A stretch of 64,000 bases of DNA. It comes from an uncultured Thiomicrospira sp. (GTDB lineage: Bacteria; Pseudomonadota; Gammaproteobacteria; CAKMZV01). The notes under the pieces are model-generated. The model did not search any database. It was not told the DNA's origin and saw only the letters and a list, made by a program, of their open reading frames with translations. A program made the translations under genes and the position numbers. Within the stretch, counting starts at the first letter, position 1; each line of letters begins with the position of its first letter. The DNA is taken from positions 608,001-672,000 of the forward strand of contig OZ239628.1 in NCBI GenBank assembly GCA_965195345.1. Reading direction: 5' to 3'. Positions 20,156 to 30,514 of this stretch are shown piece by piece.

Positions 20156-20767
20156 ATGAAATTTAAGTTGTTTTTGCTGATGATAGTGGCGATGTTACTT
20201 TCTGCGTGTTCTGATAATGTACGTGAGTCAAAGGCTGAAGAGGTTGAGATTACCGATAGCAGCTCTACTACAATTGAAGAAGAGGTGGAAGAAGAGGTGG
20301 ATGAAGGGGAAGTTAAACCTTTGAAAAACTTTTCCGATCTCGTTAAGCAATTGAAGTTGAAGAATTTTTCTGATTTGGAGGAGGAATTAAATGCTGGCTC
20401 AGACGAAGAAGGAGTTTCTTCTTACGAATTGATGAGTTCAATCATTGCTGGAAACTTTTCTTTTGACTCCTCGTTTTTAGATGAATTGGCTCAAGAAACT
20501 TTAGATAAGCATATTGAATTTATGAAAGCAAATCCAGAAGCTGAAGCTGAAGTACAGGGGCATTGTGATGAAAGAGGCAGCACCTCCTATAATATTGCTT
20601 TAGGAGAGCGTCGAGCAAAGGCAGCGTATCAATACATGATCTTGTCAGGCATTTCAACCGATCGTCTGTCTACAGTAAGTTTTGGTTCATTACGCCCAAT
20701 TGCATCTTGCCATAATGAGAGTTGTTGGTCGAAAAATAGACGTGTACAAATGCGATATTACAAATAG
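20156..20767 (+). CDS. pal: Pal/OmpA-C family peptidoglycan-associated lipoprotein with long acidic linker
   Basis: Lipobox LSAC; GHCDERGS, YNIALGERRA, SFG...P, KNRR. Confidence 0.8.
   Translation: MKFKLFLLMIVAMLLSACSDNVRESKAEEVEITDSSSTTIEEEVEEEVDEGEVKPLKNFSDLVKQLKLKNFSDLEEELNAGSDEEGVSSYELMSSIIAGNFSFDSSFLDELAQETLDKHIEFMKANPEAEAEVQGHCDERGSTSYNIALGERRAKAAYQYMILSGISTDRLSTVSFGSLRPIASCHNESCWSKNRRVQMRYYK
20276..20377 (+). repeat. Short tandem duplications within the pal linker
   Basis: GAAGAAGAGGTG x2 (20276-20299); LKNFSDL encoded twice (20321-41, 20357-77) with synonymous differences. Confidence 0.7.
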
Positions 20768-20782
20768 TAAGCGGATTTAGTG

Positions 20783-20812
20783 AAAAAGCCCGCTTTAGCG
20801 GGCTTTTTTTTT
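20783..20812 (+). terminator. Intrinsic terminator after pal (bidirectional type)
   Basis: AAAAAGCCCGC-TTTA-GCGGGCTTTTTTTTT. Confidence 0.92.
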
Positions 20813-20839
20813 CGAATATTTTAAATAATTAAGGAAGGA

Positions 20840-21727
20840 ATGATGACAGACATAGTGGGATTTATTGGTTTAGGCATTATGGGGATGCCAATGGCAAGCA
20901 ATCTATTACAGAATGGTTATCAAGTAATTGGGTATGCTCGAAATAGAGAAGCGATTAATTCTTTCATAGAATTGGGCGGTGAAGTATTAAAAACACCTGA
21001 AGAAGTCGGCAAGAATTGTAATATTTTAATCACTATTGTTTCGGATACTCCTGATGTTCAAGAAGTTCTCTTTGAAAAAAATGGTGCTTTTCATGGACTC
21101 AGTTCAGGTGATTTAGTTATTGATATGAGCACAATTAGTCCGCATGCTAGTAAGCAGTTTGCGGAGAAATTAGAAAGAAAAGGTATTGGTATGCTAGATG
21201 CACCCGTTTCTGGAGGAGAAGTTGGAGCAATTGCTGGATCATTATCAATTATGATCGGAGGAGATGATAAGGATGTTGCACGAGCGATGCCTTTGTTTAA
21301 TTGTATGGGAAAAACTATTACACATATAGGTGAGAAAGGAGCGGGGCAGGTGGCAAAAGCTTGTAATCAATTGCTCATAGCACAGATTATCAATGGCGTT
21401 TCGGAAGCGTTGCTTTTCGCACATATGAGTGGTGTCAATATTGAATCAGTTAGGAAAGCGCTTTCAGGTGGGATGGCGGGGTGCAAGGTGCTCGATGTGC
21501 ATGCATTGAGGATGATAGAAGACAACTATTCGCCAGGTTTCAAGAGCAAACTTCATCTTAAAGATATGAACATTGTGGACTCTGAAATCAAACGGCTTGG
21601 TTTACAGTTTGAAGGTGCTTCTCTTGGTCTTCAAAGATTGGTTGATATTGTAGAGCATGGAAATGGCGAACTGGATTCATCCATTATGTATAGCCTACTA
21701 AAAAAAAGAAATAAGCCTATAGATTAA
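20840..21727 (+). CDS. Beta-hydroxyacid dehydrogenase (2-hydroxy-3-oxopropionate reductase-like)
   Basis: GFIGLGIMG, DMSTI, LDAPVSGG, GAGQVAKACNQ, PGFK..LHLKD. Confidence 0.85.
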   Translation: MMTDIVGFIGLGIMGMPMASNLLQNGYQVIGYARNREAINSFIELGGEVLKTPEEVGKNCNILITIVSDTPDVQEVLFEKNGAFHGLSSGDLVIDMSTISPHASKQFAEKLERKGIGMLDAPVSGGEVGAIAGSLSIMIGGDDKDVARAMPLFNCMGKTITHIGEKGAGQVAKACNQLLIAQIINGVSEALLFAHMSGVNIESVRKALSGGMAGCKVLDVHALRMIEDNYSPGFKSKLHLKDMNIVDSEIKRLGLQFEGASLGLQRLVDIVEHGNGELDSSIMYSLLKKRNKPID

Positions 21728-23496
21728 GCCTTTGATAATGTTTTTTTCTGACTAAGTTCTTGATAACGTTTCCTCTGATCTGCATCGAGTGCTTGAAAAC
21801 CTTTTTCTAAGGTTATTGCGTGTAAACGTTGCCATTCTTCAGTATTGATTTTTTTCTGCATAAGGGCAATTGATCCTTGCGCTTCAAGTGAAGCCTCTTC
21901 CAGAGACTTTAATGGGTATTTTTCCTTCATTAGTAGGCAAAGAGAATTGTAGTAGGCAGTATCTCGCCAGTATTCAATTAGATTGCCAGCTTTAATTTCT
22001 GGATTTTCATGAATCTTATCTACCATTTCTTTGATGAAAGAAATCCCTTTGGTTTGCTCTAATTTAGTCCAATCAACGGATAGGTCATTTGCAATTTTGG
22101 GGAAATTCAATAAGTGCAGGACTATGTCCTGGGCTAGCGTTCTTTGAGAATTGAGTTTGTATGCGCTTTTATTGTTTTTTATGTTCTCTACGTGATTTTT
22201 TTTTGACTTATTTTGAAGATGATTATTTATTTCAGTAATGGGTAAATCCAGATGTTCAGCAAGGGTTTTTACAAGTGAGGTTCTAAAAGAACTGGTTGTA
22301 TCTAATACTTCAATTATGGGTTTTGCAATGGAAAAAATTTGAGGAATATCGTCAGGGTCTTTAGGATTAGTAGAACGATTAAGCACGCTTATGAGGTATT
22401 TACTAAGACTAAGAGACTGTTCGCTAATCAGCTGTTCGAATCCATCAGTGCCTAATTGGCGTACCAAAGAATCTGGGTCACTATCGGTTGGTAGAATAAG
22501 GAACTCAAGGCGGTTCTTATCCTTTAGATGAGACAGTAGGTTTTGCAAACTGCGATCTGCTGCTTTAATTCCTGCTTGATCGCCATCGAAAGCAAGAATA
22601 ACCTTATCAGTAATGCGAAATAATTGCTGAAGATGCTCTTTGCTTAAAGCGGTTCCCATTGACGCTACGCATTGATGAATGCCGTGCTGAGATAGGGCGA
22701 GCACGTCCATGTATCCTTCAGTTACTAAAATATAGCTGGGATTCCGAGCTTTTTGCAATAGATGGTATAAGCCATACAATTCTTTCCCTTTTTGAAACCA
22801 AGGGGATTCGGGAGAATTTAGATATTTGGGATTATCCTTACGGTCAATAACACGTCCTGCGAATCCAATAATTTTTCCTCGACGATTATGTATTGGAAAC
22901 ATTAGTCTGTTTCTAAAACGGTCGTAGGTATTGTTATCACTATTTATGAGGAGCCCACTGGAAATCAGTATTTTGTATTTCTCGGGATTATTATTTGCCG
23001 TTAGAGTTAAGGAACGCCATTCATTTGGGGCATACCCAATTTGAAAAAAATCGATAGTTTCATCATCTAGTCCTCTTAAAGCAGCGTATTCAAGTGCATC
23101 ATCACAGAGGTTGAGTTGTTTACGATAGAATTGTAAGCACTCTTCAAAAACACTGTAAGAAGCAAGGCTGGTATCAGGTTGATGAGATTGATTGGTTTGG
23201 TTTTTTGGTACTGCTACACCAATTTCTTCTGCTAGAGTTTCAACGGCATCAATGAAGCCTGAATTGTTGTACTTCATCAAAAAACTCAAGGCATTGCCAT
23301 TTTCACCACACCCAAAACAATGAAAAAATTGCTTCGGCTCACTAACGCTAAAGGAGGGTGTTTTTTCGTTATGAAAAGGGCAGCACGCAGTGTAATTATT
23401 GCCACGCTTATTCAGTGTTACTCGTTTGTTAATTAAGGAAACTATGTCTGTTCTTGTTAACAGCTCATCAATGAAACTACGAGGGATAGCAGACAT
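21724..23496 (-). CDS. dnaG: DNA primase
   Basis: CPFH...CFGC zinc finger, DRFRNRLMFPI, KYLNSPES, EGYMDV, DGDQAG TOPRIM motifs. Confidence 0.97.
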   Translation of the reverse strand: MSAIPRSFIDELLTRTDIVSLINKRVTLNKRGNNYTACCPFHNEKTPSFSVSEPKQFFHCFGCGENGNALSFLMKYNNSGFIDAVETLAEEIGVAVPKNQTNQSHQPDTSLASYSVFEECLQFYRKQLNLCDDALEYAALRGLDDETIDFFQIGYAPNEWRSLTLTANNNPEKYKILISSGLLINSDNNTYDRFRNRLMFPIHNRRGKIIGFAGRVIDRKDNPKYLNSPESPWFQKGKELYGLYHLLQKARNPSYILVTEGYMDVLALSQHGIHQCVASMGTALSKEHLQQLFRITDKVILAFDGDQAGIKAADRSLQNLLSHLKDKNRLEFLILPTDSDPDSLVRQLGTDGFEQLISEQSLSLSKYLISVLNRSTNPKDPDDIPQIFSIAKPIIEVLDTTSSFRTSLVKTLAEHLDLPITEINNHLQNKSKKNHVENIKNNKSAYKLNSQRTLAQDIVLHLLNFPKIANDLSVDWTKLEQTKGISFIKEMVDKIHENPEIKAGNLIEYWRDTAYYNSLCLLMKEKYPLKSLEEASLEAQGSIALMQKKINTEEWQRLHAITLEKGFQALDADQRKRYQELSQKKTLSKA

Positions 23497-23499
23497 TAA

Positions 23500-25731
23500 T
23501 TAAAGAGGTTTGATCTGGGTTTTCCGGTGAAACAATTGAACGACTGTTTCAGTGAGCAGAGGAATTTGTATGTATTCTCCTTTTTGCCAAAGTGGCACCA
23601 TGCTTAGATAGGATTCATTTTGCAACCAACCATCCTGTCCACCGAGTAATAGAAAATAATTGGAATCTACATCATTTAACTCACTTACAAATCGAGATTG
23701 TGAGCCGTAAAAAGATTCGTGTACATCATTTTCAAATTTATGATTACTCTTCAATATTGTATTGCGTGAGCCGCCAGTAGGGATGTTGGCAAATTTAAAC
23801 TGATTGCCAATCAGTGGTATCATTCCTGCAGGATGTTGCAACACAATTCGGTGAATATCGCCCCATGTATAACTAGGGTCAAGCCAAGATTTTGCAAACG
23901 AGACGATTAGTCGCAAAGTTTTTGCTTTTTTTGCCTTGCTTTGAGAGTCAATGTGCTGCAGCCATTTTTCTTTTACTAATCCATAACTGACGTAGATGTC
24001 TGTGATGTCAATTGGGATTTCTCCCACATCGAAGGATATTACCTCTCTAAAGCCATAAAGCATTGCTTCATAAGCAGGGGCTCCTTTTGAATTCAACGAA
24101 TAGTTTCCATCCCAATTTTTTAAGCGTTCTAATAACCACGTGTCAATATTATTTTTTTCAAGTCGCATAACGATTTCATCTCGAAAAAGATGATCTTCTT
24201 TGGAATACACATCAAGCTGCATGGCAGATAAATCTGAAATATTTACTTTCCCATGTTTTTTTATAAGAGAGGTTGCCCGATTAAAGCGTTGAGGATCAGC
24301 AAAATGCCATCCTATTGGCCAATCGGTAGATACAGTTGGTTTATTATTAGCAGATATTATATATCCGTCGGCTGGATTTTCAATATAAGGCAAATCACTG
24401 CTGTTGAAAAATGTCTTCCAATTATTTCGAGCTTCTTGCTCTGATATAAGCAGATTTGTAGGTTTACCATTTGAGCGTTTAGGTAGATGTGTGGCAAAGA
24501 CTTGACCAATGTTACCTTGATTATCTGCATAAAGGAAATTCTGTGGAGGTAAGGACCAACTTTCTAAAGCCTTTCTAAATTGAATAGGATTCTGTGATCG
24601 CATCATTTTGAGTCCTGCCGTCAACTCGTCTGAGACATGATGTCCCATCCATTTAATAGAAATTTGCGTTGTGGTTTCAAATAATGGGCTAATGATCGGT
24701 CCGTATTCGCTATCTTGTGCATCAAATATTTTTTCTCCAAAGAAACTTCCTCCTAATTTGTACCCTCTATCTTTCAAAATGGTTTGTGAAGATATTGCTA
24801 CTAAATCGCTAGTAGCTGCTCTCATATGTGTCCCGCTCCAAGCCAAGTGCGTATTGCGCCCAAACGCAAAAATTGGGAAACCGGGAAAAGAAGCACCAAC
24901 AGTATGATAAGAAGGCGACTTCAAACCTCCGAGCACCCAAAAATTAGGTAGGCTGAAGCCAAGGTGAGGATCGGCTGCCATTAAAGCTGACCCGTTTTTA
25001 CTGCGTTTAGGAGCAATAGCCCAGGCGTTACTTCCTGACTTTGTCGGTTGAAACAAGATAGCTGCTGCTGCTTTCAAGCGTTGTGTCGCTTCGCTGACAT
25101 CTTCTTCATTTTGGTGTAACTCTTGCCAAATCTCTTGCCAAGAGGGTTTATTATAAATTTCAAGGAGTTGGAATTGACTCAACCAGTTAATATCAATGCC
25201 GCTTAATCGAGCCATGGTTATGCTGTCTATTGGTGACCATTGTTCATTTTCAATGTCAAAAAAAGCGAAGTCAAAAGGAAGAGGATGACTATTTTTGTAA
25301 TCGTTAATTCCTTGCACATATCTGTCTAACCATTGCTTTGAATCTGGTGGTAGGTGAGCGTAAATATCAGCTGATTTGCGACCCAAATCAAGTAGTTTTG
25401 TATAAGTGTCTACCTGATCGCCAAATTCAAAAACAAGTTCCTTAGCTCTACTTAAGGCTATACGTCGAATTGTTTCCATCTGACCAAGTCGCAAATGAGC
25501 GTGAACAGCACCGAGGGTATACGCTGCATCATCATCATTTTCAGCGACTATATAAGGAATGTTATGTTCATTCCAGTAAACAGTAACAGGGCTTTGTACA
25601 TTTCCTTTCCAATTATCAAACACTTGCAATCGCTCATCGCTTTTTTGAGGCTCTGGTAGCTCCTTGAGTAAAGAGCATGCACTGAGGCTCCAAAATAGAA
25701 AAAGAAAGGGCAATATTTTTTCAAAGTTCAT
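23500..25731 (-). CDS. Penicillin acylase / AHL acylase family Ntn-hydrolase lipoprotein
   Basis: Lipobox LSAC; G-SNAW nucleophile site, DPHL, NFLYAD, SANNK. Confidence 0.85.
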   Translation of the reverse strand: MNFEKILPFLFLFWSLSACSLLKELPEPQKSDERLQVFDNWKGNVQSPVTVYWNEHNIPYIVAENDDDAAYTLGAVHAHLRLGQMETIRRIALSRAKELVFEFGDQVDTYTKLLDLGRKSADIYAHLPPDSKQWLDRYVQGINDYKNSHPLPFDFAFFDIENEQWSPIDSITMARLSGIDINWLSQFQLLEIYNKPSWQEIWQELHQNEEDVSEATQRLKAAAAILFQPTKSGSNAWAIAPKRSKNGSALMAADPHLGFSLPNFWVLGGLKSPSYHTVGASFPGFPIFAFGRNTHLAWSGTHMRAATSDLVAISSQTILKDRGYKLGGSFFGEKIFDAQDSEYGPIISPLFETTTQISIKWMGHHVSDELTAGLKMMRSQNPIQFRKALESWSLPPQNFLYADNQGNIGQVFATHLPKRSNGKPTNLLISEQEARNNWKTFFNSSDLPYIENPADGYIISANNKPTVSTDWPIGWHFADPQRFNRATSLIKKHGKVNISDLSAMQLDVYSKEDHLFRDEIVMRLEKNNIDTWLLERLKNWDGNYSLNSKGAPAYEAMLYGFREVISFDVGEIPIDITDIYVSYGLVKEKWLQHIDSQSKAKKAKTLRLIVSFAKSWLDPSYTWGDIHRIVLQHPAGMIPLIGNQFKFANIPTGGSRNTILKSNHKFENDVHESFYGSQSRFVSELNDVDSNYFLLLGGQDGWLQNESYLSMVPLWQKGEYIQIPLLTETVVQLFHRKTQIKPL

Positions 25732-26717
25732 GATGTGAGGTAAGGTATAAGTTGTTCAATAGATAACCAAGAGTCTCCTTTAATTGTACCTTTGCATTGC
25801 CGATCTATTTTCTGAAGATGTAAAATGATTCTTTTCCATTTTTCAGGTGATCTATTGCGTGCGATACTTATTAATTCTTTTTCTCGAGCAGGCCACATAG
25901 GGATACCCTTAAACGCATTTTTAAGCGGTAAATGCAATATAAGACAATCTGATATTTTCCGAATTAGCTGCACCTCACGGCATAAAATACTACTGATGAG
26001 TATTGGCTCTATGCCTTCAAGACGAAGTGAACGGCAGATTCTTAATGCTTTATTCGGATTTCCTTTGAATAATTGGTTGCTGAGACCAAAAATGTTAAAT
26101 CGAGATTGATCTTGAGTGTTTTGATGCACTATTTCTTCCGTAATAACGTCATCTTCACAAAGCGATAAGAAATCAATTTCTTGTTGCAACGCGAGCAAAT
26201 TGCCTTCGCATAGATAAACCAATAGACGTACGGCACTGTTATCAAATTTCATTTTTTTTTCTTGAAAACGCTTGCTAACCCATTCAAGTTGAACTTGATG
26301 CGATGGTTCAGGGTGCTGAACATGACATCCTACACTTTCTAAATCTGCAACCCATGCGGTTTTTTTTGCCCACGAAGAGGTTGTTGAAGATGCGCTGAAT
26401 ATTAGAACTGTCGTTGTCGAGGCTTTTTTAATCAGTGATTTTATTTTTTTACTTCCCTCTCTACCTACTTTTCCTCCAGGCATCACTATTTTTAATAGTT
26501 TGTTATTGGTGAACAATGAATTGTTTGTCATTGCTTCTTCAACATCCTGCCAATTAAATTGGGCGGATAACATGAAATGATGTTTTTCGTATGTAGGGTA
26601 CAGTTTACCTATATTAGTGATGCTTTCTTCGATGAGCAGAGGCTCCATGCCACTGAGTAACCAGACAGAATTATTCTTTTTCAAATGGGAAGAAAGATTA
26701 TTCCAGTAGATTTTCAT
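25728..26717 (-). CDS. holA: DNA polymerase III delta subunit
   Basis: LSGMEPLLIEE, SLF, EGNLLALQQEI, LRLEGIEP, IDRQCKG; follows an lptE-like gene. Confidence 0.85.
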   Translation of the reverse strand: MKIYWNNLSSHLKKNNSVWLLSGMEPLLIEESITNIGKLYPTYEKHHFMLSAQFNWQDVEEAMTNNSLFTNNKLLKIVMPGGKVGREGSKKIKSLIKKASTTTVLIFSASSTTSSWAKKTAWVADLESVGCHVQHPEPSHQVQLEWVSKRFQEKKMKFDNSAVRLLVYLCEGNLLALQQEIDFLSLCEDDVITEEIVHQNTQDQSRFNIFGLSNQLFKGNPNKALRICRSLRLEGIEPILISSILCREVQLIRKISDCLILHLPLKNAFKGIPMWPAREKELISIARNRSPEKWKRIILHLQKIDRQCKGTIKGDSWLSIEQLIPYLTS

Positions 26718-27211
26718 TCCGCAACGCTGTTTTTTGAAATACTATTAAAATTTGATTTTTGTAGCCAGATAATTAACTGATTTGATAGTTCGCGATCCAT
26801 CTCTTCATTTAAACGATCAAGGAATAGATTGCTGTCAGAGTCTTCGGGGTATTGTCTGGAAGCAAACAATCTAAGTGTTCCATATTGAACGCCGTCTGCA
26901 TCAAGTACTGAAGCCATTGCGATTGTTTCATGCAGATAACGAAATGCAACTCCAGCAAGGTCTAAACCAATGATTCGGCGACGGCGTTGCGGGGTTTCGA
27001 TTGTGATTATACGTTGCAGAGATGTTTCGTTCTGTTGGTTCGTGTTAATCCACTGCTTGAGTGCATCACCTATGCGATCTCCACCCTCAACACTCCAGTG
27101 AAATCGGCTGAGGTTATTGTTTTTTTCAGGCAAGTTGAAACTGCAACTTACGATTGAACTGGTAATTAAAACCAGTAAGATCAGTTTTGAATTAAGTAGA
27201 AGATGAATCAT
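26714..27211 (-). CDS. lptE: LptE-like lipoprotein (divergent)
   Basis: Lipobox IVSC followed by SFNL; C-terminal EEMDRELSNQLI pattern; canonical position upstream of holA. Confidence 0.6.
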   Translation of the reverse strand: MIHLLLNSKLILLVLITSSIVSCSFNLPEKNNNLSRFHWSVEGGDRIGDALKQWINTNQQNETSLQRIITIETPQRRRRIIGLDLAGVAFRYLHETIAMASVLDADGVQYGTLRLFASRQYPEDSDSNLFLDRLNEEMDRELSNQLIIWLQKSNFNSISKNSVAE

Positions 27212-27249
27212 TATGTAAACAATGATTGTACCACTGGTGTTTATTCGAT

Positions 27250-28707
27250 TTAAATATTAGAAAGTTCTAATTCAGTCATTTCAAGAACAGTTTTTACATC
27301 ACTGAATGCGATTTTTTCAGTACCGTAAATCTGGTATTCTTCGTGCCCCTTTCCTGCTATTAGAATTATGTCTTCTTTTTTAGCGTGTTTGATGGCGAAA
27401 GCAATCGCTTCGAATCGATCAGCTATTTCTTTAGCGGAAGGTACAGATGATAGTATGTCTTTTCGAATTTTTGTTGGATTTTCTGTTCTTGGGTTATCGT
27501 CGGTAATGATGACGTGATCGGAATATTTTTGTGCAGTTGCTCCCATCAGAGATCTTTTGGTTGAATCCCTGTCTCCACCGCATCCAAATACACACCAGAT
27601 TTTCCCGTTTAAGTGTTCACGAATAGTACTCAAAGCTGCCCTAAGAGCGTCGTCAGTGTGTGCGTAGTCAACGATAACATCTGCTGTGTTATCGCTGCGC
27701 AACCATTGCATTCGTCCAGGAATGGTTTTAAGGTGAAGGATTGTTTGTAAACATTGATCAAAACTTAACCCCATTTTCATAGAGCTGGTGATTGCTGCCA
27801 ATATGTTGTTTACCTGAAAAACGCCCATTAAAGACGTTTCTACAGGGTAGTTTGAGTCGCCATGCAGTATATTAAATCGTATGCCATGACTATGTGGTTC
27901 GATGTTATTTGCCTGCATTGTTGCGTTTGAATTGCAACCATATGTGGAAACATTGCTTAGTTCCTTTGCCCATAATTCGCCCATACCATCGTCAATATTT
28001 ATAACAGAATTTTTTGTTTTGTAGTTAGTGAAGAACTTTTTTTTAACTTGACGATATTGCTCTAAATTACCATGATAGTCCAAGTGATCAGAAGTGATGT
28101 TAGTGAGCGTTGAAACATCAAAATCAACACCTGCTATGCGCCGCTGCTCAATGCCATGCGAGGATACTTCCATTACGACGGCATCAGTCTTTTCAGCGAT
28201 AAATTCTTGCAGTTGTGTATGTAAACTTAGATTGTCAAGCGTGGTGAGTTGGCAAGGTTTGAGAGTGAATTTATTTTTTGTTACTGTACCGTTACCAAGC
28301 GTCCCAAGTAGACCAACTTTGTTATATTTTGCAAGTAGGATTTGAGCTGCAATCCATGCAGTGCTTGTTTTTCCGTTAGTGCCAGTAATTCCTAAAACAT
28401 GGAAGGGTAATTCTTTTGTGCTGAAAAAACGTTGATACAATTCTGGCAAGAAAGATTCGTCGCTGACTAGTTCTGGTATTTTTACAGAGATAATCTGGTT
28501 GTCTGGAGAGGTAATGTCACTTATTACAGCAACTGCACCGTTGGCTAAGGCATTGTAATAATACTGCATTCCATGATTACCATTTGATAGCGGCAATGCA
28601 ATGTAACACCAGTTTTTTTTTATTTCCCGGGAATCGTTGGCAATCCCTTGAATGTTAACGGGTTGATTTGTGATTACTTTATCAAGCCAGTCATTTAAGT
28701 TTGGCAT
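27250..28707 (-). CDS. murE: UDP-MurNAc-tripeptide synthetase (mDAP-adding)
   Basis: GITGTNGKTS, MEVSSH, DHLDYH, DYAH, GCGGDRD, DNPR (mDAP), AGKGHE. Confidence 0.96.
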   Translation of the reverse strand: MPNLNDWLDKVITNQPVNIQGIANDSREIKKNWCYIALPLSNGNHGMQYYYNALANGAVAVISDITSPDNQIISVKIPELVSDESFLPELYQRFFSTKELPFHVLGITGTNGKTSTAWIAAQILLAKYNKVGLLGTLGNGTVTKNKFTLKPCQLTTLDNLSLHTQLQEFIAEKTDAVVMEVSSHGIEQRRIAGVDFDVSTLTNITSDHLDYHGNLEQYRQVKKKFFTNYKTKNSVINIDDGMGELWAKELSNVSTYGCNSNATMQANNIEPHSHGIRFNILHGDSNYPVETSLMGVFQVNNILAAITSSMKMGLSFDQCLQTILHLKTIPGRMQWLRSDNTADVIVDYAHTDDALRAALSTIREHLNGKIWCVFGCGGDRDSTKRSLMGATAQKYSDHVIITDDNPRTENPTKIRKDILSSVPSAKEIADRFEAIAFAIKHAKKEDIILIAGKGHEEYQIYGTEKIAFSDVKTVLEMTELELSNI

Positions 28708-30514
28708 GAAGTACGTATTCCTCTTTTTCTACATATGGATGGATTCCAAGTATACGAACTAGCTGGGGAATAGTTTTACCAAAAATGGGTGCCGCTGAAT
28801 CACCACCGTAATAAAGCTCTTCTTCTTTGGAATGTTCAATGGTTATTAGCATTACAAGCTGGGGATCTTCTGCTGGTATCATACCTGCAAAAAAAGCTCT
28901 ATAAAAGAACTGTCCATCTTTTTTAAATCTTACTGTTCCTGTTTTCCCTGCCACTGTGAAACCGTTTACTCTTGCTAAGGGTGCGGTTCCATCTGATTTA
29001 GTAACCTCTGTCATCGCATTTCGTAGTTTTATTATATTTTCAGCTTTTGCTACGTTCTTACGGCTTGTATCAGGAATTGCATGTTCCCATATGTGTGGTG
29101 AAGGAATATCTCCATCGTTTGCAATTGCTAAATATAAGCGAGCTAAATCAAGCAAATCAAGCACGAACCCATATCCGTAAGTGCGTGTAATGAATTCAGC
29201 ATTTTTCCAAGAGTCGTAATGTTCAAGCGATGAAACGTCTGGCTCGGCAAAAGAGTGGATGGGGTTTGTTTTACCCCAGCCAAGTATTTTATGCATTTGC
29301 CATATATTTTCTTTCCCAGCAAGTATTCCAAGTTTCATGGCGCCAATATTACTTGATTTTTTCAATACTTCAGCTGGATTTAGAACGCCATAATGTCGAG
29401 GGTCTGTTACAGCATAACCACTTACGGTGGCTCGTTTATTTGCATTGATTGTTGTCGCCATAGAAATGACATTTGATTCAAGTCCTGCGAGAATAGTAGC
29501 TGGTTTTACGGTCGATCCGGGTTCAACTTTGTCGGCAAGAGCGTGATTGGTAAGATTTAATGCATTCCAAGTAGTAACGTCATTAGGATTGAAAGAGGGG
29601 ACTGAAGCCATTGCATAAACGGCTCCTGTTTTTGCATCGAGAAGAACGGCTGCAGCTGTTTTAGCTCTGTGTTTAATTAAAGCTTCCTCCAATCCTTTTT
29701 GGATGACAAATTGCGCACTCTGATTAATGGTTAGGCGAATATTTTTGCCGTTTATAGCAGCATTTGTGATTTGCCAGTCTATGATTTTTTTGTTATCAAA
29801 GGTACGCTCACCCGTCCAAATAAATTTTGAACTTCCATCTTTTGCAGCTAAGTGTTCACTAAACCACAGTTCACTCCCACCGAGCGCTTTGCCTCTTTTA
29901 TTCATAATACCAACGATATGCGTACCGGTATTAGAATTAGGATAAACACGTTTTTTATTGGATTCTATGTTAAAGCTGTAGATTCGATATTTCCTCATCA
30001 ATTGCTTTAATTTGCTGGAATTTTCAGGCGTTAATGAGTGTTCTATAGATAAATATTTACTCGTGGGCTTTTTCCTGGCATGCTCTTGCAAGTCTTTTTT
30101 AGCATTTAATAACGTGCTGGCTTGTTCCAAAAATTTCTTTCCATTATTTTCTATTTCAATTTTTTTGCTTTTTGAGTTCGCTTTTTCTTTAAGTCTATTG
30201 AGTGTAGCATTAAAAGTATTCGCATCGAAACCAACACTATAAGTGATGGCATTTCCAGCCAATAACACGTTATCTTTTGAATATATGTTGCCTCGCCATC
30301 CTTGGTGACTGCGTGAACGAGCAACAACTGAATCTCTGCGTTTACTCCAAGATTCGTCTTCCGTGTTTATTGTTAATTTAAGCCCTTGAAAACCAAGGAG
30401 TAAAACGCTAATTAGTATAAGGGGCCAAAATAGCAACAAACGCCATTTTGGGAAAATAAACGGTTCTGATTTATCAGAATGTATCGGGTCAATTTTCCCT
30501 TGATTTCTGATCAT
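28691..30514 (-). CDS. ftsI: Class B penicillin-binding protein PBP3
   Basis: N-terminal TM, RGNIY, EPGSTVK (SxxK), SSN (SxN), KTGT; between ftsL and murE. Confidence 0.9.
   Translation of the reverse strand: MIRNQGKIDPIHSDKSEPFIFPKWRLLLFWPLILISVLLLGFQGLKLTINTEDESWSKRRDSVVARSRSHQGWRGNIYSKDNVLLAGNAITYSVGFDANTFNATLNRLKEKANSKSKKIEIENNGKKFLEQASTLLNAKKDLQEHARKKPTSKYLSIEHSLTPENSSKLKQLMRKYRIYSFNIESNKKRVYPNSNTGTHIVGIMNKRGKALGGSELWFSEHLAAKDGSSKFIWTGERTFDNKKIIDWQITNAAINGKNIRLTINQSAQFVIQKGLEEALIKHRAKTAAAVLLDAKTGAVYAMASVPSFNPNDVTTWNALNLTNHALADKVEPGSTVKPATILAGLESNVISMATTINANKRATVSGYAVTDPRHYGVLNPAEVLKKSSNIGAMKLGILAGKENIWQMHKILGWGKTNPIHSFAEPDVSSLEHYDSWKNAEFITRTYGYGFVLDLLDLARLYLAIANDGDIPSPHIWEHAIPDTSRKNVAKAENIIKLRNAMTEVTKSDGTAPLARVNGFTVAGKTGTVRFKKDGQFFYRAFFAGMIPAEDPQLVMLITIEHSKEEELYYGGDSAAPIFGKTIPQLVRILGIHPYVEKEEYVLHAKLK

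Noticed and set aside
20840-21000. YARNR (no acidic residue) in the beta-hydroxyacid dehydrogenase as more evidence of an NADP switch
   Set aside because: Non-acidic, Arg-containing motifs are common in this family; PdxB and the UDP-sugar dehydrogenase keep their NAD-type Asp, so there is no genome-wide switch
21724-21727. 4-bp convergent overlap between the dehydrogenase gene and dnaG
   Set aside because: Common in compact genomes; no special signal
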